38,877 bases of DNA from Verrucomicrobiota bacterium (GTDB taxonomy: Bacteria; Verrucomicrobiota; Verrucomicrobiia; Opitutales; UBA953): positions 1 through 38,877 of the forward strand of contig JBDLWC010000037.1 of assembly GCA_039804485.1 (NCBI GenBank), in the 5' to 3' direction. The notes beneath the pieces are model-generated. The model made no database searches, was not told where the DNA came from, and saw nothing but the letters and a program-made list of their open reading frames with translations. The translations under genes and the position numbers were made by a program. This document shows, piece by piece, positions 30,212 through 38,877 of the stretch (positions are counted from its first letter, which is position 1; each line of letters begins with the position of its first letter).

Positions 30212-31120
30212 TCAGAAGACGCGGTTGAGCGTGAGGGTCAGCAGCACGACCGGCAGGTACAGGATCGACGCCAGGAAGAACGGCTTCGCGACTTCGGCCC
30301 GTCGCCGCGGGAGGGCGAATTCGAGGGCGAGCTTGAAGAACCAGGCGCCCGCGAGGAAGGAGACCCAGAGGAAGGGGCTGGCCCAGCCCTTCAGCGAGGC
30401 GGCGCAGTCCGGAGCGAAGAAGGTGTTCACCAGCTGCCCGGCGACGAAGAGCATCGGCAGGATGAACGCCATCGCCCAGACCGCGGCGGAGCGGCCCGAA
30501 GGGTCTTGGACCGTCGCGACCTTGAAGCCGCCCCGGGCGTAGTCTTCGCGGCACATCACCGCGAGGGCCATGAAGTGGGGGACCTGCCAGAAGAACAGCA
30601 GCGCGAAGAGCAGCCACCCGATGCGGTCGATCTGGCCGAGCTTGGCGGCCGTGCCGATGATGGGAGGAATCGCCCCGGGCAGCGAGCCGACGAGCGTACA
30701 CCAGGTCGTCATCGTCTTGAGCGGGGTGTAGAGCAGGAGGTAGGAGGCGGCGGTGGCGGCGGTGAGCAAGCCGGCGAGCGGGTTGGCGCCGAACCACACG
30801 AGGCTCACGCCGGCCGCCAGCAGCAGCAGGCCGAAGAGCAGGGCGGCGCCGGGGCGGATCAGTCCGGCCGGGATCGGGCGATTGCGCGTGCGCTCCATCT
30901 TCGCGTCCGCGTCGCTTTCCCACCACATGTTGACGGCGCCGCAGCCGCCGGCCGCGAGAGCCGTGCCGAGGGCGAGGGAGACGAGCACCTTGGCGTCGGT
31001 GGCCTGCGCGGGAGCGCTGCAGAAATACCCGGCGAGGGAGGTCAGGACCGAGAGGAACGACAGCCGGGGCTTGGTCAGCTCCCAGTAGGCGGCTGGCAGG
31101 GATCCGGCGCGTTCGCTCAT
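30212..31120 (-). CDS. ctaB: Protoheme IX farnesyltransferase (heme O synthase)
   Basis: It has YWELTKPRLSFL, a UbiA-type Asp-rich region (NMWWESDADAKMERTRNRP) and multiple TM helices. Confidence 0.88.
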   Translation of the reverse strand: MSERAGSLPAAYWELTKPRLSFLSVLTSLAGYFCSAPAQATDAKVLVSLALGTALAAGGCGAVNMWWESDADAKMERTRNRPIPAGLIRPGAALLFGLLLLAAGVSLVWFGANPLAGLLTAATAASYLLLYTPLKTMTTWCTLVGSLPGAIPPIIGTAAKLGQIDRIGWLLFALLFFWQVPHFMALAVMCREDYARGGFKVATVQDPSGRSAAVWAMAFILPMLFVAGQLVNTFFAPDCAASLKGWASPFLWVSFLAGAWFFKLALEFALPRRRAEVAKPFFLASILYLPVVLLTLTLNRVF

Positions 31121-31172
31121 GGGTGTTGTCGTGGCGGTTTTGGCCGTCGGGTTAAAGGCAAATCCTCCGCGT

Positions 31173-32117
31173 TCATCGCCCTTGGGCCGAAGCGGGAGCC
31201 CGGCGGGCGAGCATGGCCGCCGAGCAGAGCGAGCAGAAGAGGGCGGCGCCGGTCACGAGATGCACCGTGCGGACGTGCGGGTTCAGCGGGAGCTGCACGC
31301 TGAGGATCCCGAGCAGCACCTGCAGGAAGACCAGTCCGACCAAGGTCGCCCAGCGCGTCACGGGGAAACCCTGACGCGCGAGCCGGACCGCGAAGACGAG
31401 CGCCGCGAGCGCGGCGAGCAGCGCGCCGCCGCGATGCGACAGGTTGATCCACCAGACCAGGCCTTCGCCGACCGAGGGGATGAACAGGCCGGCGGAGCCG
31501 CCGACGGACCAGGCCGTGAAATGGCCTTGGCGCATGACGGCGCCGGCCACGATGACCGCGAGGGTCAGCCAGGCCGCGATCAGCCCGGCCCGGAAGAGAC
31601 GACGGTTCGCCGGCGCGCCGGCCTGATGCCAGGCGCGGCTGTGCGCCGTCGCGATGACGGCCAGCAGGGCGAGCGCGAGCTGCGCGTTGACGGCGTGGCC
31701 GACGGCGAACGCGACCGCCTTGAAATTACCGTCCCCGCCGATGTTGAGGCGGTCCAGCATGACGCGGAGGCCGCCGAGCAGTCCTTGCAGGACCACCAGG
31801 CCGAGCAAGGCGTAGGCCGCGACGCGCACCGGCCGGCGCGTCTCGAGGAAGCCATGGGCGACGGCCAGCGCGATGCACAGCAAGCCGAGTCCGGTGGCGG
31901 CGAGGCGGTGCGAATGCTCCGCGAATTTGTCGATCTCGGTCAGCCAGCCGGGGGGATTGACCGATCCGTTCGAGAGCGGCCAGTCGAGGAAGGCCATGCC
32001 CGCCTGGATGCTGGTCGTGAAGCCGCCGGCCTGCAGGACGAGCACCGACCAGCCGAGCGCGAGCAGGCAGAGGCCGAACAGGCGGCGATCAGGCGCGGAG
32101 GAATCCGACGTGCTCAT
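31173..32117 (-). CDS. ctaA: Heme A synthase (CtaA/COX15 family)
   Basis: It is polytopic, with conserved His contexts EHSHRL, VGHAVN, LSHRGGA and VHLVTG. It lies next to ctaB. Confidence 0.78.
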   Translation of the reverse strand: MSTSDSSAPDRRLFGLCLLALGWSVLVLQAGGFTTSIQAGMAFLDWPLSNGSVNPPGWLTEIDKFAEHSHRLAATGLGLLCIALAVAHGFLETRRPVRVAAYALLGLVVLQGLLGGLRVMLDRLNIGGDGNFKAVAFAVGHAVNAQLALALLAVIATAHSRAWHQAGAPANRRLFRAGLIAAWLTLAVIVAGAVMRQGHFTAWSVGGSAGLFIPSVGEGLVWWINLSHRGGALLAALAALVFAVRLARQGFPVTRWATLVGLVFLQVLLGILSVQLPLNPHVRTVHLVTGAALFCSLCSAAMLARRAPASAQGR

Positions 32118-32199
32118 GGTTGCATCTCAATCGTCCCGCCCGCGGGCGCAAATCCCAACCGCGATTAACCCGGTTCTTAAGCCCGGCCGATGGGGGTCA

Positions 32200-32619
32200 T
32201 CAGCCGCGGACGGCGGCGCGGGCGAAACCGCGGATTTTCCCGACCAGATTGGTCAGCCCGTTACGTCGGTTGGGGGAGAGGTGCTGCGTGATGCCGACGG
32301 CGGAGAGGAAGTCGGCGTCCGTCTCCGCGATCTCCGCGGGCGGGGCGCCGTCGTAGAATTCGCAGACCAGGCTCGCGACCCCTTTGGTGATGAGGGAGTC
32401 CGCGTCGCAGCGGAACCGGCAGACGCCCGCTTCGAGCGAGGGCACGAGCCAGAGGTTGGACGTGCAGCCTTCGATCAGGAAAGCCTCGAGCTTCAGGTCG
32501 GCGGGCAGGCTCGGGGCGGATTTCGCGCGATCGATGACGTATTGGAAGCGCTCATGGTGGTCGGCGAAAGGTTCGAGTTCCGCGATGAGCGCCTCGCGGC
32601 GGCTGGCCAGGAGGGACAT
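32200..32619 (-). CDS. sufE: SufE-like cysteine desulfuration (sulfur acceptor) protein
   Basis: Motifs are IEGCTSNLWL (active Cys), ADSLITKG and LSPNRRNGL. The protein is 139 aa. Confidence 0.8.
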   Translation of the reverse strand: MSLLASRREALIAELEPFADHHERFQYVIDRAKSAPSLPADLKLEAFLIEGCTSNLWLVPSLEAGVCRFRCDADSLITKGVASLVCEFYDGAPPAEIAETDADFLSAVGITQHLSPNRRNGLTNLVGKIRGFARAAVRG

Positions 32620-32622
32620 CGT

Positions 32623-34398
32623 TCAGAATCCTGCCAAGGCCTCCGGGTCGAGGTTGCTGCGCATCAGCGAGGAGCAGGCGGCGTCCAGCTTGCGTTGCCG
32701 TTCGGCGGGGAGCTTGGCTTCGGTCCGCAGCCATGACGTCGCCTCCTGCCAGACGGCGGGCGAAGGCCGGCGCATCGCGAGCAGCGTCTCCAGCTCGTCC
32801 GCGACGGACTTGCGGCTGCCGTAGGCTTCGGTCAGTCCCGCCAGGATCCGGGCGGAGACGCAGTCGGCGCGCAGCTGCGAGTGGCGGGGATGGTTGGCCA
32901 CGCCGGCTTCAAGCACGCGCACCGCGGCGTCGCTGGCCCGGATGAGCCGGAGGTGGCGTCCCACGGAGCGGTAGGCTTCGGGTCCGAGGTTCTTGGTCTT
33001 CAGGAACTCGGCGAGGTAGCGGTCTCCGATGTCACGGTCGCGCTTGGTCGCGACCTGGTCGGGCTTCTGCCGCGCATGGTAGGCGATGCCGAGCAGCGCC
33101 TGCACGAAGGGTTCCTTGGCTTTGAAGTAAGCCCGGTCGGCGGCGACGATCTGCTGGTACTGCACGATCGCCTGCGCCGGGTCGGGCCCGCGGACGAGCG
33201 CCTCGAGGTGCAGCGTGGCGAACGTGGCGCGTTCGAAACCCTGCTGGTCGGCGTTGATCGCGATCGCCCCGGTGAGCTCGGAGTAGCCCTTCTCCGCGGC
33301 GAAGTTCGCCAACGCGACCATCGCCGCGGAACTCTTGGAGAAGCGCGCGAAGACGAGCTGGAGCTGCTTGTTGAACTCGTCCTTGTTGCCCAGCCGGTCG
33401 AGCAGCTGCAGTTTGTGGATCTGGGGGAAAGGCGCCTTCTCGTCCGCCGCGATGCGCTCCTGGTTGACGGACAGCGCCAGTTTCACTTGCCCGAGCAGGA
33501 GGTGATAGCGGGCCAGCTGGGAAAGGACGGCGTCCCGGGCTTGGCCGGTGAATGCGGAGGACTTGGACTCCAGCAGCGTCATCGCCTCCTGGGTTTTACC
33601 GCCTTCGAAAAGCGCCCTCGCCTTGAGCAGGAGGCCGCTGGGGTTTGACTCTAAGCCGCTGGTGGTGATGAGGTTGACCGCGTCAGGGTATTTCCCGATC
33701 CAGTAAAGAGAGGTGGCCGCCGAGAGGGAAAGGACCTCCCGCATGCTGGATGAGGCGTACTGGGTCGTCCGCAGCAGTTTCAGGCTGTCCTCGATGACTT
33801 CGGCGTCGCGCTCCCGGGCTTGCAGCAGCTGGAAATAGCGCTCCAGGTAGTCGCGGGTCAAAGGGTCGTCGACGGCAAGGAATTCCAGTCCGTGCTTGAG
33901 GGTCTGGATGGCGTCGTCTGTGCGGCCAGCAATTGAATGTAAAAAGTTGGCATAGAACAACTTAGATTTAGCGTTGCCGGGATTGCAACGAACGGCGACC
34001 TGGGCGAGGCGCAGGGCTTCCTCCATTTGCCCCGCCTCTTGGGCGGCCATACCCTGTTTGGTGAAATATTCGGCCAGCTGATGGAGGTGTTCCTGGCGGA
34101 TTTGGGCCAGTTTATCGGGCTGATCTTCAAGTTTCGTCAGGGTCAGCCGGAGCAATTGGACCAGGGTCTTGTCCGGGATCAGGTCCGCCTTGATATAGGT
34201 TTGGCGGGCATAACTGAGAATAGCCTCCTTGTCTTTCAACTGAGGGAGCCCGGCCAGGAAGATCAATTCGGCGTCATTTTCCTCATCCTTGGCGGCGTTC
34301 GGGGCGAGGGGGGCCGACCCGGTCGCAGGGGTCTGTCCAAAGCTGAACAGGCAGGAGAGTCCCAAGAGAACAATGGAAGGCAGGCGGGCGGAGGGCAT
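32623..34398 (-). CDS. Secreted tetratricopeptide-repeat protein
   Basis: It has a signal peptide (LPSIVLLGLSCLFSFGQT) and recurrent A..Y/A..L helical-hairpin patterns throughout. No catalytic motif was recognised. Confidence 0.65.
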   Translation of the reverse strand: MPSARLPSIVLLGLSCLFSFGQTPATGSAPLAPNAAKDEENDAELIFLAGLPQLKDKEAILSYARQTYIKADLIPDKTLVQLLRLTLTKLEDQPDKLAQIRQEHLHQLAEYFTKQGMAAQEAGQMEEALRLAQVAVRCNPGNAKSKLFYANFLHSIAGRTDDAIQTLKHGLEFLAVDDPLTRDYLERYFQLLQARERDAEVIEDSLKLLRTTQYASSSMREVLSLSAATSLYWIGKYPDAVNLITTSGLESNPSGLLLKARALFEGGKTQEAMTLLESKSSAFTGQARDAVLSQLARYHLLLGQVKLALSVNQERIAADEKAPFPQIHKLQLLDRLGNKDEFNKQLQLVFARFSKSSAAMVALANFAAEKGYSELTGAIAINADQQGFERATFATLHLEALVRGPDPAQAIVQYQQIVAADRAYFKAKEPFVQALLGIAYHARQKPDQVATKRDRDIGDRYLAEFLKTKNLGPEAYRSVGRHLRLIRASDAAVRVLEAGVANHPRHSQLRADCVSARILAGLTEAYGSRKSVADELETLLAMRRPSPAVWQEATSWLRTEAKLPAERQRKLDAACSSLMRSNLDPEALAGF

Positions 34399-34513
34399 GG
34401 GAGGGGAGGGTTTTATGGCGAGACGGCGGGGAATTGTCCCGCTAAAAAGGCAAACCGCCGCCGGCGCCGGGAGGCTGGCCGTAAAGAAACCTTAAAACCA
34501 CCGCACTTTCCTC

Positions 34514-34541
34514 TTGCATGAGGGGCTTCGACCCCTATGCC
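34514..34541 (+). promoter_or_regulatory. Weak candidate sigma-70-type promoter for the rpsL operon (TTGCAT-16 nt-TATGCC)
   Basis: Read directly from the sequence, about 30 nt upstream of the rpsL ATG. The -10 element is imperfect. Confidence 0.2.
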
Positions 34542-34572
34542 CAAACCCTCTTTTCCCTATTTACCGAGGTCC

Positions 34573-34956
34573 ATGCCTACCATCAACCAGCTCGTCCGTA
34601 AACCGCGTGTTCAACCCAAGGCGAAGTCGAAATCGCCCGCTTTGAACAACTCGCCCTTCCGCCGCGGCGTCTGCGTGCAGGTCATGATCCGCACGCCGAA
34701 GAAGCCGAACTCGGCTCAGCGCAAGGTCGCCAAGGTGCGCCTCACGAACGGCCAGGAAGTCATCTCCTACATCCCCGACGAAGGCCACAAGCTCCAGGAG
34801 CACTCCGTCGTCCTCGTCCGCGGCGGCCGCGTGAAGGATCTCCCGGGCGTGCGCTACCACATCGTCCGCGGCCCCCTCGACTGCTCCGGCGTCGAGAAGC
34901 GCCGTCGCTCCCGCTCCAAGTACGGCGTCAAGCGCCCGAAGGAAAAGAAGGCCTAA
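34573..34956 (+). CDS. rpsL: 30S ribosomal protein S12
   Basis: It starts at the internal ATG ([12 protein letters not shown]) and contains [10 protein letters not shown] and [13 protein letters not shown]. Confidence 0.97.
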   Translation: MPTINQLVRKPRVQPKAKSKSPALNNSPFRRGVCVQVMIRTPKKPNSAQRKVAKVRLTNGQEVISYIPDEGHKLQEHSVVLVRGGRVKDLPGVRYHIVRGPLDCSGVEKRRRSRSKYGVKRPKEKKA

Positions 34957-34985
34957 TCCGTTTCCGCAACCAACTCCCTTAGATC

Positions 34986-35459
34986 ATGTCTCGTCGTCGT
35001 AAAGCAGCCAAGCGCGCCCACCTCCCGGACGCCCGTTACAGCAGCCCGCTGGTCAGCCAGCTCATCAATGTCGTGATGAAGTCCGGCAAGAAGTCCATCG
35101 CCCAGGGCATCGTCTACGGCGCGATCGAGAAGGTCAGCGAAAAGCTGATGAAGGGCAATCCCGTCGAGCTCCTGCTCGGCGCCCTCGAGAACTGCCGCCC
35201 CAAGCTGGAAGTGAAGAGCCGCCGCGTCGGTGGCGCCACCTACCAGGTCCCCGTCGAGGTCTCCCATGAGCGCCAGAACAGCATCGCGCTGCGCTGGGTC
35301 GCCGCCGCCGCCGCCGGCCGCAAGGGAACCACGATGTCCGAAGCCCTCGCCGCCGAGCTCGTCGACGCCTACAACAACACCGGCAACGTGGTGAAGAAGC
35401 GCGAAGAGACCCACAAGATGGCCCAGGCCAACCGCGCGTTCGCCCACCTCAAGTGGTAA
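34986..35459 (+). CDS. rpsG: 30S ribosomal protein S7
   Basis: Motifs are MSRRRKAAKR and RRVGGATYQVPVEV, ending in the AHLKW tail. Confidence 0.97.
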   Translation: MSRRRKAAKRAHLPDARYSSPLVSQLINVVMKSGKKSIAQGIVYGAIEKVSEKLMKGNPVELLLGALENCRPKLEVKSRRVGGATYQVPVEVSHERQNSIALRWVAAAAAGRKGTTMSEALAAELVDAYNNTGNVVKKREETHKMAQANRAFAHLKW

Positions 35460-35497
35460 CCCGCAGGTAATCTCCGCAGCACCCTCCGGTTCCGACC

Positions 35498-37663
35498 ATG
35501 GCCAAACTTTCCGAGCTCAACTCCCCGTCCCGCGCGTTCCCCCTGGAGCACACGCGTAACATCGGCATCGCCGCGCACATCGACGCCGGCAAGACGACCA
35601 CGACCGAGCGCATCCTTTTCTACACCGGCGTGGTGCACAAGATGGGCGAAGTCCATGACGGCACCGCCACCACCGACTGGATGGAACAGGAACGCGAGCG
35701 TGGCATCACGATCACCGCGGCCGCCATCTCCGCCGGCTGGAAGACGAAGGAAGGCCATTTCGCGAACATCGACCATCGCATCAACATCATCGACACCCCC
35801 GGCCACGTGGACTTCACGGCCGAGGTGGAGCGCTCGCTCCGCGTGCTCGACGGCGCCGTCGCCGTCTTCTGCGCCGTCGCCGGCGTGCAGCCCCAGTCCG
35901 AGACGGTCTGGCGCCAGATGAACAAGTACGGCGTCCCGCGCGTCGCCTTCGTCAACAAGATGGACCGCACCGGCGCCGACTACTTCGGAGCCGTCGACGA
36001 CATCCGCGAGAAGCTCAAGGGCAACGCCCACCCCCTCTTCATCCCGATCGGCCAGGGCGAAGAGTTCAAGGGCATGATCGACCTCATCAAGAACGTCGCC
36101 TACGTCTACGACGAGACCGACCCGAAGGGGATGAAGTACAACACGGTCGACATCCCCGACAACCAGAAGGAAGAAGCCAAGCAGTGGCGCACCAAGCTCA
36201 TCGAAGGCCTCGCCGACTTCGACGACGTCCTCGCCGCCAAATACCTCGACGGCCAGGAAGTGACCATCGACGAGATGCGCACCGGCATCCGCAAGGCCAC
36301 CCTCTCCCTTAATTTCATCGGCGTCATCCCCGGCTCCGCCTTCAAGAACAAGGGCGTCCAGATGCTCCTCGACTGCGTCGTGGACTTCCTCCCTTCGCCC
36401 ATCGACATGCGCCCCCAGAAGGCCCACATCGACGACGGCGAGAAGGAGATCACCATCGGTCCGGACGACAAGGCCAAGGTCACCGGCCTCTGCTTCAAGC
36501 TCTGGTCCGACCCGCACGTGGGCCAGCTCGTGTTCTACCGCGTGTACCGCGGGCAGCTCAAGAAGGGCGAAGCCCTCTACAATCCTCGAACCCGCAAGAA
36601 CGAGCGCATCTCGCGCATCGTCCTCCTGCGCGCCATGGATCGCGAAGAAATCGACGTCGCCTACTCCGGCGACATCTGCGCCATCATCGGACCCAAGGAC
36701 ATCGCCACCGGCGACACGCTGACCTCCGAAGAAGACCTGATCCTCGAGAAGACCACCTTCGCCGAGCCCGTCATCTCGATGTCCATCGAGCCCAACTCCA
36801 AGGGCGACCAGGAGCGTCTCTCCATCGGCCTGCAGCGTCTCGCCCAGGAAGACCCGACTTTCCGCGTCACCTCGAATCCCGAGACCGGCCAGACCCTCAT
36901 CTCGGGCATGGGCGAGCTCCACCTCGAGATCATCGTCGACCGCCTCAAGCGAGAGTTCAAGGTCGAGGCCAAGTCCGGCAAGCCGCAGATCTCCTACCGC
37001 GAGACGATCAACCTCGCCTCCGAAGGCGTCGGCAAGTTCATCCGCCAGTCCGGCGGTCGCGGCCAGTACGGCCACGTCGAGATCAAGCTCGAGCCTAACC
37101 CGGCCTCCACCCGCGCCCCGGGCGAGAAGGGCGAAGAAGTCATCAACGAGATCGTCGGCGGCGTCATCCCCAAGGAATTCATCAAGCCCGCGACCGAAGG
37201 CATCCTGGAAGCCGCCAACAACGGCACCGTCGCCGGCTACCCCGTGATCAACTTCAAGGCCCGCATCGTCTTCGGTTCCTTCCACGAAGTGGACTCGAAC
37301 GAAATGGCGTTCAAGATGGCCGGCATCTTCGCTTTCAAGGAAGCCATGAAGGACGCCAAGCCGATCCTCCTCGAGCCGATCATGAAGGTCGAAGTCGTCA
37401 CCCCGGAAGAATACCAGGGCGACATCATGGGCGACCTCAACCGCCGCCGCGGCCAGATCCAGGGCATGGACACCAAGGGCGGCCTCTGCAACATCGAGGC
37501 CCGCGTCCCGCTCGCCGAGATGTTCGGTTACTCCACGGACGTCCGCTCCCTCTCCAAGGGTCGCGCTTCCTACTCCATGGAGCCCGCCAACTACGAGCAG
37601 GTCCCCGCGCAGATCCTCAAGCAGGTCGTCGAGACCTCCTCGCGCGCCCCGGCCCGCACCTAA
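35498..37663 (+). CDS. fusA: Elongation factor G
   Basis: Motifs are [28 protein letters not shown] and GELHLEI. The protein is 721 aa. Confidence 0.97.
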   Translation: MAKLSELNSPSRAFPLEHTRNIGIAAHIDAGKTTTTERILFYTGVVHKMGEVHDGTATTDWMEQERERGITITAAAISAGWKTKEGHFANIDHRINIIDTPGHVDFTAEVERSLRVLDGAVAVFCAVAGVQPQSETVWRQMNKYGVPRVAFVNKMDRTGADYFGAVDDIREKLKGNAHPLFIPIGQGEEFKGMIDLIKNVAYVYDETDPKGMKYNTVDIPDNQKEEAKQWRTKLIEGLADFDDVLAAKYLDGQEVTIDEMRTGIRKATLSLNFIGVIPGSAFKNKGVQMLLDCVVDFLPSPIDMRPQKAHIDDGEKEITIGPDDKAKVTGLCFKLWSDPHVGQLVFYRVYRGQLKKGEALYNPRTRKNERISRIVLLRAMDREEIDVAYSGDICAIIGPKDIATGDTLTSEEDLILEKTTFAEPVISMSIEPNSKGDQERLSIGLQRLAQEDPTFRVTSNPETGQTLISGMGELHLEIIVDRLKREFKVEAKSGKPQISYRETINLASEGVGKFIRQSGGRGQYGHVEIKLEPNPASTRAPGEKGEEVINEIVGGVIPKEFIKPATEGILEAANNGTVAGYPVINFKARIVFGSFHEVDSNEMAFKMAGIFAFKEAMKDAKPILLEPIMKVEVVTPEEYQGDIMGDLNRRRGQIQGMDTKGGLCNIEARVPLAEMFGYSTDVRSLSKGRASYSMEPANYEQVPAQILKQVVETSSRAPART

Positions 37664-37687
37664 TCTCACCCCCACACTCCCTTCCCG

Positions 37688-37996
37688 ATGGCCCGCACCA
37701 AAATCCGCATCAAGCTCAAAGGCTTCGACTATCGCATGGTCGACCAGTCCGCCAATGAGATCGTCGACACCGCCAAGCGCACGGGCGCCCGCGTCTCCGG
37801 CCCCGTGCCGCTGCCGACCGACATCTCCCGCCTGACTGTCAACCGTTCCCCCCACGTGGACAAGAAGTCCATGGACCAGTTCGAGATCCGGACGCACAAG
37901 CGCCTGATCGAGATCATGGAGCCCAACGCCCAGACCGTGGACGAGCTTAAAAAGCTCAACCTGCCTTCTGGGGTTGACATCAACATCGTAGTCTAA
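37688..37996 (+). CDS. rpsJ: 30S ribosomal protein S10
   Basis: The translation reads [16 protein letters not shown]...GPVPLPT...SPHVDKKS. Confidence 0.97.
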   Translation: MARTKIRIKLKGFDYRMVDQSANEIVDTAKRTGARVSGPVPLPTDISRLTVNRSPHVDKKSMDQFEIRTHKRLIEIMEPNAQTVDELKKLNLPSGVDINIVV

Positions 37997-38139
37997 CTCT
38001 TCAACCCTTCACCTTAACCACCAACCCAACGCAGGACGTCGGCGCCCCTCTATCAGGACCAAGATTCCGCAAGGAAATCCCAAGCCTAATGCAGGTCAGC
38101 AATGACCAAACGGCGGAAACGCCACCTGCCTCTTAGAAA
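37997..38139 (+). promoter_or_regulatory. Unusually long, AT-richer rpsJ-rplC spacer with several short GNRA-capped hairpins (possible structured RNA)
   Basis: Hairpins are ttcc-GCAA-ggaa (38065-38076), ggtca-GCAA-tgacc (38094-38107) and ggcg-GAAA-cgcc (38112-38123). An alternative outer helix is gcaggt (38091-38096) paired with acctgc (38124-38129). Confidence 0.3.
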
Positions 38140-38781
38140 ATGAAACACCAGCTACTCGGTAAGAAAATCGGAATGACCCAGGTTTACGACGGGGAGAACA
38201 ACCTCGTCCCTGTCACGGTCGTCCAAGCGGGCCCTTGCCCCGTCACCCAAGTCAAGACGATCGACAAGGACGGCTATGACGCCGTCCAGATCGCCTTCGG
38301 CGCCCAGAAGGAAAGCCGCATGTCGGCCGGCGAAGTCGGCCACCTCCGCAAGGCGGGCGTCGCTCCCCACACCCATCTCCACGAGATCCGCCAGGCCGGC
38401 GCCACCGAGGCCAAGGTCGGAGACGTCATCACCGTCGAGAAGTTCACCGCCGGCCAGATGGTCGACGTCATCGGCACCGTCAAGGGCCGCGGCTTCCAGG
38501 GCGTCGTCAAGCGCCACAACATGGACGGCCAGCCTGACTCCCACGGTCACATGATGCACCGCCGTATCGGCTCGATCGGCATGCGCCAGACCCCGGGCCA
38601 CGTCTTCAAGGGCAAGCGCATGCCCGGCCACATGGGCCAGGTGCAGCGCACCGTCCAGAATCTCCGCGTCGTCCAGGTGCTCGCCGAGAAGAACCTCCTC
38701 CTCATCAAGGGCAGCTTCCCCGGCGCCAACGGTGAGATCGTCCTCGTGCGTCCGGCCAAGAAGGCCATCGCCGCCAAGTAA
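38140..38781 (+). CDS. rplC: 50S ribosomal protein L3
   Basis: Motifs are LLGKKIGMTQVY and GKGFQGVVKRHN-like (GRGFQGVVKRHNM). The protein is 213 aa. Confidence 0.97.
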   Translation: MKHQLLGKKIGMTQVYDGENNLVPVTVVQAGPCPVTQVKTIDKDGYDAVQIAFGAQKESRMSAGEVGHLRKAGVAPHTHLHEIRQAGATEAKVGDVITVEKFTAGQMVDVIGTVKGRGFQGVVKRHNMDGQPDSHGHMMHRRIGSIGMRQTPGHVFKGKRMPGHMGQVQRTVQNLRVVQVLAEKNLLLIKGSFPGANGEIVLVRPAKKAIAAK

Positions 38782-38802
38782 CCCACCCAGCATCTCAGCG
38801 AT

Positions 38803-38877
38803 ATGAAGCTCAAAGTTTACAAGCCCGACGGATCCGCCTTCACCGAGAAGGAATTCGACATCCCTTCCTTCGAAGGC
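38803..38877 (+). CDS. rplD: 50S ribosomal protein L4, 3'-truncated by the window edge
   Basis: An ATG at 38803 gives MKLKVYKPDGSAFTEKEFDIPSFEG. The assignment rests on its position after rplC in the S10 operon. Confidence 0.75.
   Translation, partial: MKLKVYKPDGSAFTEKEFDIPSFEG

Noticed and set aside
37664-37687. Absence of a tuf gene between fusA and rpsJ.
   Set aside because: Many bacteria keep tuf at another locus, such as the tRNA-tuf-secE-nusG cluster, so this is a normal variant of the str/S10 region rather than an anomaly.

Overview
This is a 38.9 kb, visibly GC-rich bacterial chromosomal segment made up mostly of core metabolism and translation genes. All calls come from motif and family recognition in the supplied translations, since no database search was possible. 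A stand-alone ClpP1-type paralogue, a DUF1080 protein, TPR proteins and weak Shine-Dalgarno signals suggest a PVC-group organism, perhaps Verrucomicrobiota, but that is a guess. From left to right the window holds: a complete biotin operon (bioA partial, then bioB, bioD, bioF, a short BioG/BioH-type esterase, bioC); galM; a minus-strand operon of three proteases (clpP, rhomboid, prc); an orphan ABC ATPase and a MATE exporter; rplU-rpmA; a gamma-carbonic-anhydrase-like gene coupled to a conserved hypothetical gene; a DUF1080 protein; an orphan sigma-54-dependent response regulator; and a sanA-like gene. A roughly 16 kb unidirectional minus-strand array follows: TPR protein, sufE, ctaA, ctaB, 5-formyl-THF cyclo-ligase, a double UvrA-like gene, a transglutaminase-like membrane protein, pdxJ, acpS, nnr, dprA. 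The window ends with rpsL-rpsG-fusA-rpsJ-rplC and the start of rplD. I saw no tRNA or rRNA genes, CRISPR arrays, transposases, integrases or phage genes. The most unusual locus is 24067-29594, where two diverged UvrA-like units are fused in frame into one roughly 1,842-codon reading frame with four ABC ATPase modules. The two units have lost different domains. The fused frame is broken once by a frame change at about 26373-26400, and the stop of the upstream frame overlaps an ATG of the downstream frame (ATGA). Secondary observations are a sigma-54 promoter-like site and palindrome upstream of the orphan activator, the three-protease operon, a structured 143-nt rpsJ-rplC spacer, a Cys-rich BioB tail and a heptamer repeat before bioB. 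Most of the window is ordinary housekeeping DNA.
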